Positions 63,995 to 64,000 of a stretch of 64,000 nt of DNA are shown here, piece by piece. Origin of the DNA: Thermoprotei archaeon (GTDB lineage Archaea; Thermoproteota; Thermoprotei; Gearchaeales; Gearchaeaceae); the NCBI GenBank assembly GCA_017857595.1, contig JAFMCU010000002.1, positions 458 through 64,457 of the forward strand. Reading direction: 5' to 3'. Under the pieces are notes generated by a model, which ran no database searches, was not told where the DNA came from, and was given only the letters and a program-made list of their open reading frames with translations. The stretch's first letter is position 1. Each line of letters starts with the position of its first letter. Made by a program: the position numbers and the translations under genes.

Positions 63995-64000
63995 ATTTGA

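Noticed and set aside
1-64000. CRISPR arrays, cas genes, IS elements/transposases, integrases, toxin-antitoxin or restriction-modification modules, rRNA genes
   Set aside because: Reading both strands, I found no regularly spaced direct repeats, no recognisable transposase/integrase/Cas motifs and no rRNA-like GC-rich blocks beyond the tRNAs and the RNase P RNA fragment.

Overview
This is a visibly AT-rich, very tightly packed archaeal chromosomal segment. The structural RNAs stand out as GC-rich islands, which suggests a thermophile. Gene content and order are of the TACK/Thermoproteota (crenarchaeal) type: unsplit rpoB; rpoH-rpoB-rpoA'-rpoA''-L30e-nusA-S12-S7-EF1alpha-S10 with no EF-2 in between; an Elf1 homologue; L38e; and two proteasome beta subunits. 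The right half (37.9-64 kb) is the RNA polymerase/translation super-operon: the DUF171-L3...L15-SecY-DUF106-L34e block, including two small genes missing from the ORF track (S14 here, L37e further left). The left half holds tRNA-modification genes (TiaS, Trm5, ArcTGT), a partial RNase P RNA, six tRNAs, a thermosome subunit, lipid genes (GGGPS plus a polyprenol-kinase-like gene), proteasome and RNA-decay genes (PAC2, two beta subunits, aCPSF1, an aCPSF2-like gene) and several aminotransferases. I saw no CRISPR array, IS element or rRNA. Five items deserve a second look. (1) A 734-aa multi-zinc-ribbon protein looks like a catalytically dead relic of the PolD large subunit DP2. (2) A 681-aa wHTH plus ATP-cone-like plus class III RNR (NrdD)-like protein appears to lack both the glycyl-radical Gly and the active-site Cys. 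(3) An eight-gene overlapping operon encodes a divergent TFB, a coiled-coil protein, a FlaI/TadA-type ATPase, two separate single-domain TadB/TadC-like platform proteins, a 77-aa Flp-like pilin and two unknown proteins. (4) A C-terminal-GG beta-grasp protein overlaps a ParB/sulfiredoxin-fold protein. (5) A tRNA-Ser carries an extra insertion and a duplicated acceptor 5' strand. All homology calls come from motif recognition by eye and from memory of the families. No search was run.
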